A DNA stretch of 64,000 nucleotides, from contig JBKBRF010000004.1 of assembly GCA_046292385.1 (NCBI GenBank), positions 32,001 through 96,000 on the forward strand, read 5' to 3'. Made by a program: the position numbers and the translations under genes. The DNA comes from Armatimonadota bacterium. GTDB lineage: Bacteria > Armatimonadota > SYMT01. Below, in pieces: positions 9,549 through 19,638 of the stretch; positions within the stretch are counted from its first letter, which is position 1; each line of letters starts with the position of its first letter. The notes beneath the pieces were generated by a model. It was not told the DNA's origin, made no database searches, and was given only the letters and a program-made list of their open reading frames with translations.

Positions 9549-11084
9549 TCAGTTGCTCGCGACGGTGTCCGCGCCGAAGTAGCGGAGCACGCCCTGCGTC
9601 ACCGATTCGGCGAAGCGCTGGTGGAACTCCGGCGTGGCCAGGAGCAGCTCTTCTTCCGCGTTGTTGATGTAGCCGACCTCCAGGAGCACGCTGGGGATGT
9701 TCGTCTCCCGGATCACCTGGAAGCTGGCGTTCCGCACGCCGCGGTCCGCGCGGCCCACCGCGGAGACCATATATGGGTGCAGCGTCTCGGCGAGCCGCTT
9801 GCTGCGGGGCTGGCGCCAGTAGGTCTCCGTCCCGGTGGCGGAGTTGCGCCGGCCGGTGGAGTTGCAGTGGACGCTGATGAAGATATCCGCGCCGGAGCGG
9901 TTCGCGATGGCGCAGCGCTCGTCCAGGCTGACGAAGACGTCCGAGTCGCGGGTGATGATCACCTGCGCGCCCTTCGCCTCCAGCTCCTGCTTCAGCGCCA
10001 GGCCCATCTTGAGGCAGAGGTCCTTCTCGCTGCTGAAGAGGCCCTGCGCGCCGCCGTGCTTGCCGCCGTGGCCGGGGTCGACCACGATCACGCGCCCCAC
10101 CAGGCGCGCGCCAGGGTCGACCAGCGGCGCGCGGTTGCGGTCGATCGGACCGAGGCTGGGAAAATCGCCCGGAATCCCCTGGCGGGAGGCGAGACGGTTG
10201 CCGGCGCCGCGGCGCTGGATCGCGACGATCTCGCGGTTCGACGGCTGGAGCAGCGGCGGGTTCACCGCGGCGGCCCCGATTCCCACGCTGGCGACGACCT
10301 GGTTCTCCTGCTGCAGGTCGAAGCGGGTAACCTTGTACGCGACAGAAGGCACTTCGAAGACGACGCGGGCAGTGTTGGCGACCGGGTGCCCGGTGCGGAT
10401 CGCCCGCGCGGGGCCCATCGAAGCCGGGAACTGGATCCCGGGAGCCCAGCGGGCGTTCGGGAAGTCGATCACCACCCGCACCGGCGCCTGCGTCACCGGC
10501 AGCCACTGGGGGCGCACCGGGCCGGAAGCGCGGACGCGGACCTGCAGCCCCTCGCCGTCCGGCGTGATATCGAGGCCGGTGAGCGTCACCGCCTGGGCGG
10601 GCGCCGCCTCCGTGGCCTCCGGCTCTTTGGAGAGCTGCGGCCGCTTGGAGGCATCCGGCACGAGCGCGATCTCGTTGGAGCGCGTGTCCAGCCGCACGTC
10701 GAGCGCGCAGAGCTCCGCCAGCTTGCGGAGCGGCACGAAGGCGTTGCCGCCGAGCACGAGCACCACCGGATGCTCGCCGGTTTCGGGTACCTCGTCTCGC
10801 GAGGTGACGATCGGCCAGCTCCCGACGAAGCCGCCGCGGCAGCGGACCACGTACTCCGAGCCGGAGCGCGTGAAGGTGATCTGAAGGCGGCGCAGCTCCT
10901 GGATGACTGGCGCGTAGAGCTCCGGGTCCTCCACGTGGCCGTAGGTCATGTAGAAACGGCTGCCGCCGCCGATCGAGAGCTTGGTGCCGCTGGCGCTCAC
11001 TTCCGCGCTGGCGGGGCGAGCGCCGGGAAGCGCGCAGAGCGCCGCGGCCGTGAGCAGCGCGGCGGTTAGTAGACGAAGGCGCAT
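9549..11084 (-). CDS. N-acetylmuramoyl-L-alanine amidase (Amidase_3) with AMIN domain
   Basis: Signal peptide; PVRVVIDFPNA (AMIN); VVDPGHGG, EKDL, ISVHCN, LLEVGY Zn motifs. Confidence 0.92.
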   Translation of the reverse strand: MRLRLLTAALLTAAALCALPGARPASAEVSASGTKLSIGGGSRFYMTYGHVEDPELYAPVIQELRRLQITFTRSGSEYVVRCRGGFVGSWPIVTSRDEVPETGEHPVVLVLGGNAFVPLRKLAELCALDVRLDTRSNEIALVPDASKRPQLSKEPEATEAAPAQAVTLTGLDITPDGEGLQVRVRASGPVRPQWLPVTQAPVRVVIDFPNARWAPGIQFPASMGPARAIRTGHPVANTARVVFEVPSVAYKVTRFDLQQENQVVASVGIGAAAVNPPLLQPSNREIVAIQRRGAGNRLASRQGIPGDFPSLGPIDRNRAPLVDPGARLVGRVIVVDPGHGGKHGGAQGLFSSEKDLCLKMGLALKQELEAKGAQVIITRDSDVFVSLDERCAIANRSGADIFISVHCNSTGRRNSATGTETYWRQPRSKRLAETLHPYMVSAVGRADRGVRNASFQVIRETNIPSVLLEVGYINNAEEELLLATPEFHQRFAESVTQGVLRYFGADTVASN

Positions 11085-11368
11085 GGGCTTTCTCCTCGGG
11101 GTACTGCAGGACTGGGCGCCAATGCGAGCACCGGAGGCACGCTCCGGGTTTGACGCAGGATGAGGTACCGAGATTCTCGGCCCGGCAAGCCCCTCTCTTC
11201 ACCCAAGAAAGGCGCTTGCCCGGTAACGGAGCGCGAACTGGCTCCGCTACCGCCCGCCTGTTCGCACCCCGAGGGAAGACCTCCTCCCGCCGCGCGGAGT
11301 CAGTCCCCGGGAAAGGTTGTTGAGCCCGGCCAACCGCTTCGTCAAGCAGACGCAAGCAATGAGGGGCG

Positions 11369-11443
11369 TTCGCAGGCTAGCGAGCTGCAGGGTTCCAGGC
11401 GCCCGGGGAGGGGTGGCTAACCTGCGGCTCGCTAGCCTGCGAA
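11369..11443. repeat. 23-bp inverted repeat (1 mismatch) with ~29-nt spacer downstream of nagA
   Basis: TTCGCAGGCTAGCGAGCTGCAGG ... CCTGCGGCTCGCTAGCCTGCGAA. Confidence 0.75.
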
Positions 11444-11455
11444 TGGACGGGGGAC

Positions 11456-12628
11456 TCAGCCGGTGGGGAACGCCTGGCGGCCGCGGATCCAGGTGGCGCG
11501 GCAGCGGAACTGCGGGTCGAGGAGGGTCACGTCGGCGTCTTTCCCTGCCTCCAGCGAGCCCTTCCGGTCCGAGCAGCCGGCGATGCGGGCCGGAATCAGG
11601 CTGGCCATCCGGACGGCGTGGACCAGCGAGACGCCGGCGAAGTCGATCGCGTTGCCGATCGCCCGCTCCATGGTGAGGATGCTCCCGGCGATGGTGCCGT
11701 CGGAGAGGGTGCAGAGCGGGCCGTCTACCTGCACCGTGTGCGGCCCCAGGGTGTGGGTGCCGTCCGGCAGGCCGGTCGCGGAGAAGGCGTCGGTGATGAG
11801 CGCGGCGCGGTCCGGTCCCTTGGTGGAGAGCGCCAGGCGTACGATGTGCGGGTGAAGGTGAACGCCGTCCGGAATCACCTCGGCCACCACCCGCTCATCG
11901 TTCAGGCAGGCGGCGATCGTTCCCGGGTCCCGGTGGTGGATCGGGCGCATCGCGTTGAAGAGGTGGGTCGCGTGGGTGGCGCCCGCGTCGATGCCGGCGA
12001 CCGCCTCTTCGTAGGTCGCGTCGGTGTGCCCGATCGACGGGATCACGCCTTCTCGCACCAGGAGCCGGATCAGCTCCAGCGCGCCCGGCAGCTCCGGGGC
12101 GAGCGTCATGATGCGCATCTGGCCTTCAGAGGCCTGGAGCAGCTCCCGGACCTCGTCGAAGTCGGGGTCTCGCACGCCCTCGGCCGGCTGCGCGCCCTTG
12201 CGCTTCATGTTGATGTACGGGCCCTCCACGTGGAGCCCTACGATCTCGGCGCCGGCCCCCGGCTGCCGCTGGGCCTCTACACACCAGCGGATCGCCTGGA
12301 GCAACTCGGGGTGGCGGGCGGAGATGGTGCTGGGAAGCCACGCGGTGGTGCCGTGGCGGGGGAACCGGGCGGAGATCCGCCGGATGCCCTCCGCGCCGTG
12401 CAGCATCACGTCGTCCCCGAAGGTGCCGTGCACGTGGGTGTCGATGAGGCCCGGCAGCACGTAGAGCCCGGCGGCGTCCACGTGGCGCGCTCCGGCCGGG
12501 ATCTCGGCGCCCGCAGCGGCACCTGCGTACCGGAGGGTCTCGCCCTCGATCAGTACCAGGGCATTCGCGACTTCACGGTCCGGCAGGACGGCGGTCCCGC
12601 CGGTGATGGCAGTGATCTCTGACGCCAC
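11456..12628 (-). CDS. nagA: N-acetylglucosamine-6-phosphate deacetylase
   Basis: PGLIDTHVHG, HVEGPY, TLAPE, GHT, THLFNAM, DGVH, ITDA, IAGS motifs. Confidence 0.95.
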   Translation of the reverse strand: MASEITAITGGTAVLPDREVANALVLIEGETLRYAGAAAGAEIPAGARHVDAAGLYVLPGLIDTHVHGTFGDDVMLHGAEGIRRISARFPRHGTTAWLPSTISARHPELLQAIRWCVEAQRQPGAGAEIVGLHVEGPYINMKRKGAQPAEGVRDPDFDEVRELLQASEGQMRIMTLAPELPGALELIRLLVREGVIPSIGHTDATYEEAVAGIDAGATHATHLFNAMRPIHHRDPGTIAACLNDERVVAEVIPDGVHLHPHIVRLALSTKGPDRAALITDAFSATGLPDGTHTLGPHTVQVDGPLCTLSDGTIAGSILTMERAIGNAIDFAGVSLVHAVRMASLIPARIAGCSDRKGSLEAGKDADVTLLDPQFRCRATWIRGRQAFPTG

Positions 12629-12630
12629 GA

Positions 12631-14139
12631 CTAACCTTCCCCGATACTCTTCAGAATCCGGAGCGCTTCTTCCCGGTCGCCGTGAACTCGGGAGAGGTGC
12701 GGCCGCAACTCCAGCGCGGCGTCCGCGGAGCTCTCCATCCGGGCTTCGATCGCCGCGACCGCGTCGACCGCCGCCTGCGCGGAGCTGCGCGCGGCACCCA
12801 GGTCCCCCGCCTTGCGCTGGAGGTCGGCGATCCGGATGAGCCAGCGGGCTTTACGGTGCTCCGGAGCGGTCTTCACGGCGACCTGGGAGACTTCCAGCAT
12901 CTCCGCGTCGTTCACGAGCTGCGGATACATCTCCGCGATCGCTTCCGCCCCGCGCTCCGCGTCGTCACTCTGCGGGTAGCTCTCGATCAGGCGGCGAGCC
13001 GCCTTCAAGCGCTCTTCCGAGCCCACCTCCGGAGCTTCCATCCGGATGATGCGGAAGAGGGCACGGGGCGCGAACGGGCTTTTGGGAAAGCGGTCGGCCA
13101 CCCGGTAGTAGTCGGGCACGGCGCGGACCGGATCGGTTTTCTCCCGCTCCGCGCCGACCGCGAACGCCATCCCGTCGGCCCAGAGGCTGCCGGCGTAGCG
13201 CTGCAGACCCTGTTCCAGCTGCTGGACGCGCACCTCGGCGGAGGAGCTGTTTTCGGAAGCGGTCGGCTCGGCCACGTAGGTGGTGAGCGCGGGACCGAAG
13301 AAGCTGGCGACCGGCACCGGACCGTAGACCTTCATCTGGCGCCGCAGCCAGTCCACGTCCGGCGTATCCAGGTGGGCGCGGTGCGTGTACGCGTATCCCA
13401 GCGTGGCGGCGGCACCGGAGGCGCAGTAGGCCAGGAGCACCGCGCCGGTCGCGACGGCGATGCGGGTGACGTCGCGCCGCTCCGGCGGGCGGCAGACGCG
13501 GTGGATCAGGCGACCGTGGAGGAACAGGAGCACCACGGCGGCGATCCCGAGGGCCCACTTGCCCTGCGTCCACATCACCGCGAGGGGGTCTCCGTCCATC
13601 CGGGCGTAGAGGCCCTGCAGCGAGAGGTACGGGTGGATGGCGTATCCCACCGTGAAGTCGAGGGCCCAGAGCCCCGCCGCGACTCCGAAGCCGCCGAGCG
13701 CGTTCCGGAAGAGGGTGGCGAAAGTGAGCGACAACAGCGAGAGGAACAGCAGGCCCGGCAGGCTGGCGACGAGCGGCTGCCACACGTCGATCGGTTTCAA
13801 ACCCACCGAGCAGACGAAGAGGGTCACCGTGGTGAGCGCCACCGCGACCAGCAGGGCCAGGAGCACCCGCATGGTGACCACCCGGTGGAGGGAGACCGGC
13901 TTGCACGCCAGCACGGCGCCGACGCCGCTGCGGTACTCCGGCGCCAGGCAGTGCGCCACCAGGAAGGCGCCGAGCACCGGCGTCATCAACTCGGCGATGC
14001 GGGTCGCAGCGCGCTGGTCGAAGTCGGCGCTGAGTGCCATCATCCAGAGCGTGACGATCTGGCTGGCCGCGACCGGCAGGACGATGATCCACCAGTTGCC
14101 GCCGAGTAGGATGCTGTAGTTGTAACGCCAGAGACGCAT
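12631..14139 (-). CDS. ABC-2-type permease-like membrane protein fused to a C-terminal TPR domain
   Basis: About 6-7 TM helices with EYRSGVGAVLACKPVS (ABC-2-like motif); C-terminal helical repeats VADRFPKSPFAPRAL and LIESYPQSDDAE. Confidence 0.6.
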   Translation of the reverse strand: MRLWRYNYSILLGGNWWIIVLPVAASQIVTLWMMALSADFDQRAATRIAELMTPVLGAFLVAHCLAPEYRSGVGAVLACKPVSLHRVVTMRVLLALLVAVALTTVTLFVCSVGLKPIDVWQPLVASLPGLLFLSLLSLTFATLFRNALGGFGVAAGLWALDFTVGYAIHPYLSLQGLYARMDGDPLAVMWTQGKWALGIAAVVLLFLHGRLIHRVCRPPERRDVTRIAVATGAVLLAYCASGAAATLGYAYTHRAHLDTPDVDWLRRQMKVYGPVPVASFFGPALTTYVAEPTASENSSSAEVRVQQLEQGLQRYAGSLWADGMAFAVGAEREKTDPVRAVPDYYRVADRFPKSPFAPRALFRIIRMEAPEVGSEERLKAARRLIESYPQSDDAERGAEAIAEMYPQLVNDAEMLEVSQVAVKTAPEHRKARWLIRIADLQRKAGDLGAARSSAQAAVDAVAAIEARMESSADAALELRPHLSRVHGDREEALRILKSIGEG

Positions 14140-14143
14140 AGGA

Positions 14144-15418
14144 CTATTCAGGCTCCGCGGCGAGACGGTCTTCGATGATCTTCTCGAGCTCGGTCAGGCT
14201 GTAGGACGAAGAGTTGCCGATACTCCGCGCCCGGCGGCGGCGGTCGGTGATCACCAGCTTGGGCAGCAGCTCGGTATCGTACGCTTCGGCGACGGCGGCC
14301 TGCGGCGGGGAGGTGGTGGTGAGCGTGGTGGGATCCCACCCGATCGGGAAGCTGTAACCACTCGTCCGCGCGAGAGTCCACCCGTCCCCCTGGTCCGGAG
14401 AGAAGCAGATGCCGATCGGCTGCACGCCGCGCTCGCCGAACTTCGCCTGCAGCGCTTCCAGCACCGGCAGGGTGCGGGCGGCGTCCGGATCGCTCGCCGC
14501 GAACAGGTAGATCACCAGGATCTTCCCCGCGTGAGAAGCGGTGCGGACGATGCCGCCCTTTCCATCCGGAAGCCAGAAGCCGGGCGTGACCTCTCCCTCC
14601 TGGATGTGCTGGACCGCGATCGGATCCCAGATCGTGTTGGGCCGATCTTCCACCCGGGGCGCCACGCGGTACGCCTGGGCGGCACCCGCCGCGGTAAGAC
14701 CGAGCAGCGCCGCCGCGACGATGACGGGGACCAGCGGCCGGCGGAGCTCCCCACGGCGGAACCGCTCCACCAACAGCCCGGTGACCGCCAGCATGAAGGC
14801 AGCGGCGGCGGCGAACAGACCCAGGTTCTGGGCATAGTCCGGCTGGAGGTAGGCAGGAATGAAGTCGAGACCCGCGATGGCGCAGAACCAGCCGAAGAGG
14901 GTCAGGATCCCCCCCAGCGGGCTGCGCCAGAGCCGGGAGAGCCCATAGCTGAGGGCGGAGACGAACGCGAGGATTACCGCTGCGTGGAGGAACGCGATCG
15001 CGTGGGCGATCACGCCGGATAGCCCGGACCACGGGAGCTGGACCACCGCCGAGATGAGGAACGGCAGCGCGAGGAGCACGATCCAGACCACCGCGCCGGT
15101 CGCCCAGTTCACCATCACCCAGAAGGCGCCGTCGACCGGCTTGGAGCGCAGGGCGGCGCCGGTCCGCTCGTTGTAGTCCCGGATCGCCGCGTAGGCGAAC
15201 CAGAGACAGGCCGCCACGCCGAAGGCGCGCCCGAGCCATTCCGCCAGCACCACCGCGGTGGTGGCCGCGAGGCCGGCGTGGTTCCAGGAGTAGATGCCGG
15301 CGGCGACCGCCCCGACTGCGGCGAGCAGCCGCAGGCCCGGGTTGCGGAGCTCGGCCCGCGCGCCGATCCGGACCAGGCGCCCGAAGCGGCGGAGAATCGC
15401 GCCCGGGGAGCTGCTCAT
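14144..15418 (-). CDS. ABC-2-type permease fused to a C-terminal TlpA/redoxin-like domain lacking CxxC
   Basis: Start ATG overlaps the ATPase stop (ATGA at 15415-15418). RDYNERTGAALRSKPV plus TMs; then PGFWLPDGKG..V.....GKILVIYLFAASDPDA..TLP, and YDTELLPKLVITD. Confidence 0.65.
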   Translation of the reverse strand: MSSSPGAILRRFGRLVRIGARAELRNPGLRLLAAVGAVAAGIYSWNHAGLAATTAVVLAEWLGRAFGVAACLWFAYAAIRDYNERTGAALRSKPVDGAFWVMVNWATGAVVWIVLLALPFLISAVVQLPWSGLSGVIAHAIAFLHAAVILAFVSALSYGLSRLWRSPLGGILTLFGWFCAIAGLDFIPAYLQPDYAQNLGLFAAAAAFMLAVTGLLVERFRRGELRRPLVPVIVAAALLGLTAAGAAQAYRVAPRVEDRPNTIWDPIAVQHIQEGEVTPGFWLPDGKGGIVRTASHAGKILVIYLFAASDPDAARTLPVLEALQAKFGERGVQPIGICFSPDQGDGWTLARTSGYSFPIGWDPTTLTTTSPPQAAVAEAYDTELLPKLVITDRRRRARSIGNSSSYSLTELEKIIEDRLAAEPE

Positions 15419-16290
15419 GCCTCCTCCTTGGCCATCAACCAGACGTAGGCGTCTTCCAGGTTGGGCGCAGCGGTCTCGGCGTCCGGGGTGGGCTGGCGCT
15501 CGCAGACGCCCCGGACCTGAATGCGGCCGGGCATGCGGTAGAGTCCGGTTTCCAGGAAGCCCTCGATCTCCGGGGTCTTTCCATCGGCCGGCAGGTCGAG
15601 CATCCAGACGCGGCCTTCGAGGGAGCGCAGCAGCTCTTCGGGCGTGCCGAAGTAGCGCATCTTGCCGAAGCGCAGCACCGCGAGGGTGCTGGCAACCGCT
15701 TCGATGTCGGCGACGATGTGCGTGGAGAGGACGATCAGGCACTCCCGGGCGAGCTCCGCGAAGAACGACCGCACCCGGATGCGCTCTTCGGGGTCGAGAC
15801 CCGCGGTCGGCTCGTCGACGATCAGCACGGAGGGCCGCGGCAGGATCGCTTGGGCGAGCGCCACGCGCTGTCGCATGCCGCCGGAGAGCGTGCCGACCGG
15901 CCGGTCCCGGAGGTGGGTCAGGTTCAGCCGGCCCATCACCTCGTCGATCCGGGGGAGCCGGTCCTTGTCGCTGTCGATCCCGTAGAGCAGCCCCATGTAG
16001 TCGAGCGTCTCGAAGACCGTCAGGTTGGGGTAGAGCCCCACGTCCTGGGGCAAGTACCCGATCCGCCGCCGGATCTCGGGCTTCTGCTTCCGGACGTCCA
16101 GGTCGTCGACGCGGATGGTGCCGCTGCTGGCGTCCAGCAGGGTCGCCATGATCGACATCAGCGTGGTCTTACCGGAGCCGTTCGGCCCGAGCAGGCCGAG
16201 CACGCCGGAGTCGGCGGCCAGCGAAACGTTGTCGAGGGCCTTGACTCGGCCGTCATACACCTTAGTGAGACCTACTACCTCAACGCCCAC
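15415..16290 (-). CDS. ABC transporter ATP-binding protein
   Basis: GPNGSGKTT, LSGGMRQR, LIVDEPTAGLDP, LSTH. Confidence 0.95.
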   Translation of the reverse strand: MGVEVVGLTKVYDGRVKALDNVSLAADSGVLGLLGPNGSGKTTLMSIMATLLDASSGTIRVDDLDVRKQKPEIRRRIGYLPQDVGLYPNLTVFETLDYMGLLYGIDSDKDRLPRIDEVMGRLNLTHLRDRPVGTLSGGMRQRVALAQAILPRPSVLIVDEPTAGLDPEERIRVRSFFAELARECLIVLSTHIVADIEAVASTLAVLRFGKMRYFGTPEELLRSLEGRVWMLDLPADGKTPEIEGFLETGLYRMPGRIQVRGVCERQPTPDAETAAPNLEDAYVWLMAKEEA

Positions 16291-17419
16291 GCCAGATCCT
16301 CCCCGCCCCCCGGGGGCGCTCCGCCGGTGTTCCGCCGCCCGTCAGCCAATCGGGCAGAGTCAGCTTCCGGATGCGATGTCCCTCGTAATCCGCCACGTAG
16401 ACGGTCCCGTCCGTGGTCGCCGTCACCGCGCACGGCACCGCAAAGGTGGCGCGGGTTCCGGTGCCGTCCCGGCTTCCGGGCACCTTCGCCGCCTCCTGAT
16501 AGCGGCCGGCGAGCAGCCGGTAGTGGCCGTCTCCACCCTTCGCCAGCACTGTGTGGAACTCCGTGTCCGTCATCAGGTCCACCGGTCCCGCGGGAACGAT
16601 CGGCGAGAGCCGGCCGGTCCGGAACTGGGAGGTCTCGAAGTCTCCCTCTCCTTCCGGCGCGGCAAACACCTCCCGGCTCGACGCGCGGGCTGCTAGCAGC
16701 TCCCCGAACGCCGCGGCCACGTGAGGAGGCGCGGGCTGCGGAGTCGAAACCTGCCCGGCCGGCGTCACGCGCCGGATGGCGCGGTTGCCCAGGTCCGCCA
16801 CCCAGAGCGCGTCGTCCTGGAAGAGAAGCGCGGACGGCAAGCGGAAGCGGGCGGCGCCGCCCGAGCCGTCGGCTTTCCCTTCCGTGCCGCCCGCCAGCTC
16901 GGATACGACGCCGTCGTGCAGTACACAGATGCGATGATTGCCGGTGTCCGCGATGTAGATCGTTCCATCCGGCGCCGCGGCCACTCCGGAGGGAAAGCGG
17001 AACTGCGCCTCGGCAGCCGCCCCGACGGAGCGGCCCCCCTGGCCGCCCGGCTCACCGCCGCCGGCGACGGTGGTCACCTTGCCGAGCGGCGAAACCGACC
17101 GGATGCGATGATTGCGGCTGTCCGAGACGAGGAGGGTTCCGTCCCCGGCAATGGCCAGCGCGTTCGGGCCGCAGAAGCGGGCCGCCCAGCCCGGGCCGTC
17201 GACGTAGCCGGGCTCTCCTCCCGCCAGGGTGGTGACGTCGACGTCGACGTGGCCTCCCACCGTGGGGATCGGAACCGGTCCGGCGCCCGGGCCGCCCGCC
17301 ATGGCGGCGCCGCTTGGCTCTCGGTAGACCAGGCCGCGCCAGTAGGCGTACTGGATCACCCCCAGCACGAGGAGGGTGACGACGGCCGTGACCTTGGGAT
17401 CCAGGTTCTTACGAAACAC
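16280..17419 (-). CDS. Membrane-anchored NHL-repeat beta-propeller protein
   Basis: TM helix; repeats of F..P.GVA..PDGTIYIADTGNHRI. Confidence 0.85.
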   Translation of the reverse strand: MFRKNLDPKVTAVVTLLVLGVIQYAYWRGLVYREPSGAAMAGGPGAGPVPIPTVGGHVDVDVTTLAGGEPGYVDGPGWAARFCGPNALAIAGDGTLLVSDSRNHRIRSVSPLGKVTTVAGGGEPGGQGGRSVGAAAEAQFRFPSGVAAAPDGTIYIADTGNHRICVLHDGVVSELAGGTEGKADGSGGAARFRLPSALLFQDDALWVADLGNRAIRRVTPAGQVSTPQPAPPHVAAAFGELLAARASSREVFAAPEGEGDFETSQFRTGRLSPIVPAGPVDLMTDTEFHTVLAKGGDGHYRLLAGRYQEAAKVPGSRDGTGTRATFAVPCAVTATTDGTVYVADYEGHRIRKLTLPDWLTGGGTPAERPRGAGRIWRGR

Positions 17420-17436
17420 AGCGCGTGGGCCTCATC

Positions 17437-18636
17437 TCATTGCGCCTGCAGCGGCCCATCGGCCTCGTGCAGCAGTACGATGTGGGTGCCATCCGAAGTG
17501 GTTCCTCCGGGAATCATCGCCCGGGCGTCGATCAGCTCCGCCGGTCCCAGCTGCTCCGGCAGGCGGAACAGCCCCTCCGCGGAGACGGCGACCCCGCCCC
17601 GGTACTTGAGCAGCGCCACCGGCATCCGCAGCCAGTCGGTCAGCGTCTCGGGCTTTCCGCCGGGGCGGAGTCGGTGGATCGAGGCGGTGACGTCGAAGTT
17701 GGACGCCTCCTCGGAGGGAGCCGTCCAGTAGAGCACCGACTCGTGCACCACTCCCTGCTGCATGCCGGATGCGGCCGCTACCCGCTGCGCCTCGCCGCCG
17801 GTTTCCGGAACCCGGTAATAGGTGGTGCTCGTGATTCCCGTCTCCTGGACGAAGACCGCGCCGTCTCCGAGCCCGACCACCCGGGTGCCGGGCGTGAACC
17901 CGAGCATCTCGCCGGGCGGTATCTCGGCGGCCGGCCACTCGGAGAGAACCCTGGTCTGGCCCGCCTGCCGCGTCATCAGCCGGAGCCCCGACGCCGCGGC
18001 CGGGATGAAGACCGGCCCCAGGGGCGCGCCCTCGGCCCGCTCGAGCCAGAAGAGGCGGTCCCCCTCGGCGAGGAGCCCCTGCGGGGCACGCAGCCCGGTC
18101 AGCTCCGCTTTCGGCGTGCCGGGGGCGCCGATCGGTAGGCTGAGCAGCTCTCCACGGCCGCCCTCGCTCCGCAGCAGCCAGGCCGTCTCACCGGTCAGCG
18201 CTACCTCGCGCCAGTCGCTTCCCTTCGCCAGGAGAGTCTTCTCCCCGGCGGCGGTGCCCTGGAATAGCTCTACCGTCTCCCCGACCCGGCGCAGCCACGC
18301 CCACCGCCCGTCGCTGCCGGCAAAGGAGATGATCTGGGGCTTGGCTGCGGGCGCCCCTCCGCCTCCGGGAGGTCCGCCCGGACTCGGGGGCGGCGTTCCG
18401 CCCTCGCGTCCGCCCGCGGCTCCGTCACCGCGCGAGCCGCGACCACCGCCGCCCGGACCTCCGCCCGGACTTCCGCCGCGGAAGGACCCGGACTCGCCTC
18501 CGGAGGGGCCGTTGAGAGAAGCGTCGCCTCCGCCCGGTGGCGGAAGCTGCGCGCTGCCGATGGCTGCGTGGAGGAGCACCACCGCAGCGGAGACCCCGAG
18601 GCAAACCGGCAATCGGAAGAATGAGGTGCGTTTCAC
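17437..18636 (-). CDS. Secreted protein with Gly/Pro-rich linker and probable beta-propeller
   Basis: Signal-like N-terminus from GTG 18636; GP-rich linker; blades such as PQGLLAEGDRLFW and GVVHESVLYW. Confidence 0.6.
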   Translation of the reverse strand: MKRTSFFRLPVCLGVSAAVVLLHAAIGSAQLPPPGGGDASLNGPSGGESGSFRGGSPGGGPGGGGRGSRGDGAAGGREGGTPPPSPGGPPGGGGAPAAKPQIISFAGSDGRWAWLRRVGETVELFQGTAAGEKTLLAKGSDWREVALTGETAWLLRSEGGRGELLSLPIGAPGTPKAELTGLRAPQGLLAEGDRLFWLERAEGAPLGPVFIPAAASGLRLMTRQAGQTRVLSEWPAAEIPPGEMLGFTPGTRVVGLGDGAVFVQETGITSTTYYRVPETGGEAQRVAAASGMQQGVVHESVLYWTAPSEEASNFDVTASIHRLRPGGKPETLTDWLRMPVALLKYRGGVAVSAEGLFRLPEQLGPAELIDARAMIPGGTTSDGTHIVLLHEADGPLQAQ

Positions 18637-18843
18637 GACTGGAATGCGTTCGAAATGATGCCGTTCTGACGCCCAGTTTCGACGGCGCCGGAGGGAGCGC
18701 CTCCCGATTTTTTTCCGCGGGCTAAGTTCGGCGGGTCGCTCGTCGGACGGGGAGGAATGCGCCGCCGGGCCGGGCAACCGTTATCGGCGCCCTTTGCCCG
18801 GTGCCCGGGCGCCCCAGTCAAAACCCGCAAGCGAGACCCGAAA

Positions 18844-19638
18844 GTGAAGCTCTACCTGAAGTCCGTCCTCCCGTCGCGAAGGCGCGCCGCCCTCGCCGGG
18901 ACGGTGTTGGCCCTTTCCACGCTGCTCAGCTCCACCGCTCCGGCCGCCGCCAGGAAGCTTCCCGTCTTTTACGAAGGGGTGATCACGTCCGGTGCCGCGG
19001 TGGAGGACCCCGTGTGGCTCGCGCGCAGCGGCAAGCGCGTGACCGGGCTCTGCGGCTTCACCGCCCTCGACGGCTCCGACGGCACCGGCGCGCGCGTGCT
19101 GGGAAAGCTCCGAGGATCCCGGCTGACCGGTAACCTCTTCAATGGGAAGAACCGGCGGATCGGCACGTTCTCCGGGGAGCGGAGCGGCGCGAGCCTGTCC
19201 GGCGAGTTTGCCGAGACCACCGGGGAGAGCGGAACCTGGGAAGCGACCCAGGTGGTAGCGGACCGCGCCGCCATGCGGAGCATCGCCGGCACTTACGAGG
19301 CGAGCCGCATCCCGTCGATCGGCAACGACGTGGCGCTGAAGATCCGCTTCACGAACAAGGGGAGCTTCAAAGGCAGCGTCTACTACACCGGGGCCGGCAG
19401 CCGCCTGCTGGCGGGCACGCTCGGCGGCTCCTGGATCGCGGATGCCGGCGGTAACCTCTTCCTGAGCGTCGCGAAGATCAAGAAGAAGCTTCCGCGGGGA
19501 GCCAACATCGGCTTCAAGATTCCTTCGAACGGCGCCGCCGTGAAATTCGCCTTTGAGAAGCAGGGCTCGAACCTGGTGGTGCTGAATCCGTTCGACCGCT
19601 CCACCGTGTTCCTCACGCTGAAGCCGTCCCGGCGGTGA
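18844..19638 (+). CDS. Hypothetical secreted beta-rich protein (paralog of 20781-21557)
   Basis: RRR..signal..AAA; motifs shared with the 20781 ORF. Start uncertain. Confidence 0.65.
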   Translation: MKLYLKSVLPSRRRAALAGTVLALSTLLSSTAPAAARKLPVFYEGVITSGAAVEDPVWLARSGKRVTGLCGFTALDGSDGTGARVLGKLRGSRLTGNLFNGKNRRIGTFSGERSGASLSGEFAETTGESGTWEATQVVADRAAMRSIAGTYEASRIPSIGNDVALKIRFTNKGSFKGSVYYTGAGSRLLAGTLGGSWIADAGGNLFLSVAKIKKKLPRGANIGFKIPSNGAAVKFAFEKQGSNLVVLNPFDRSTVFLTLKPSRR

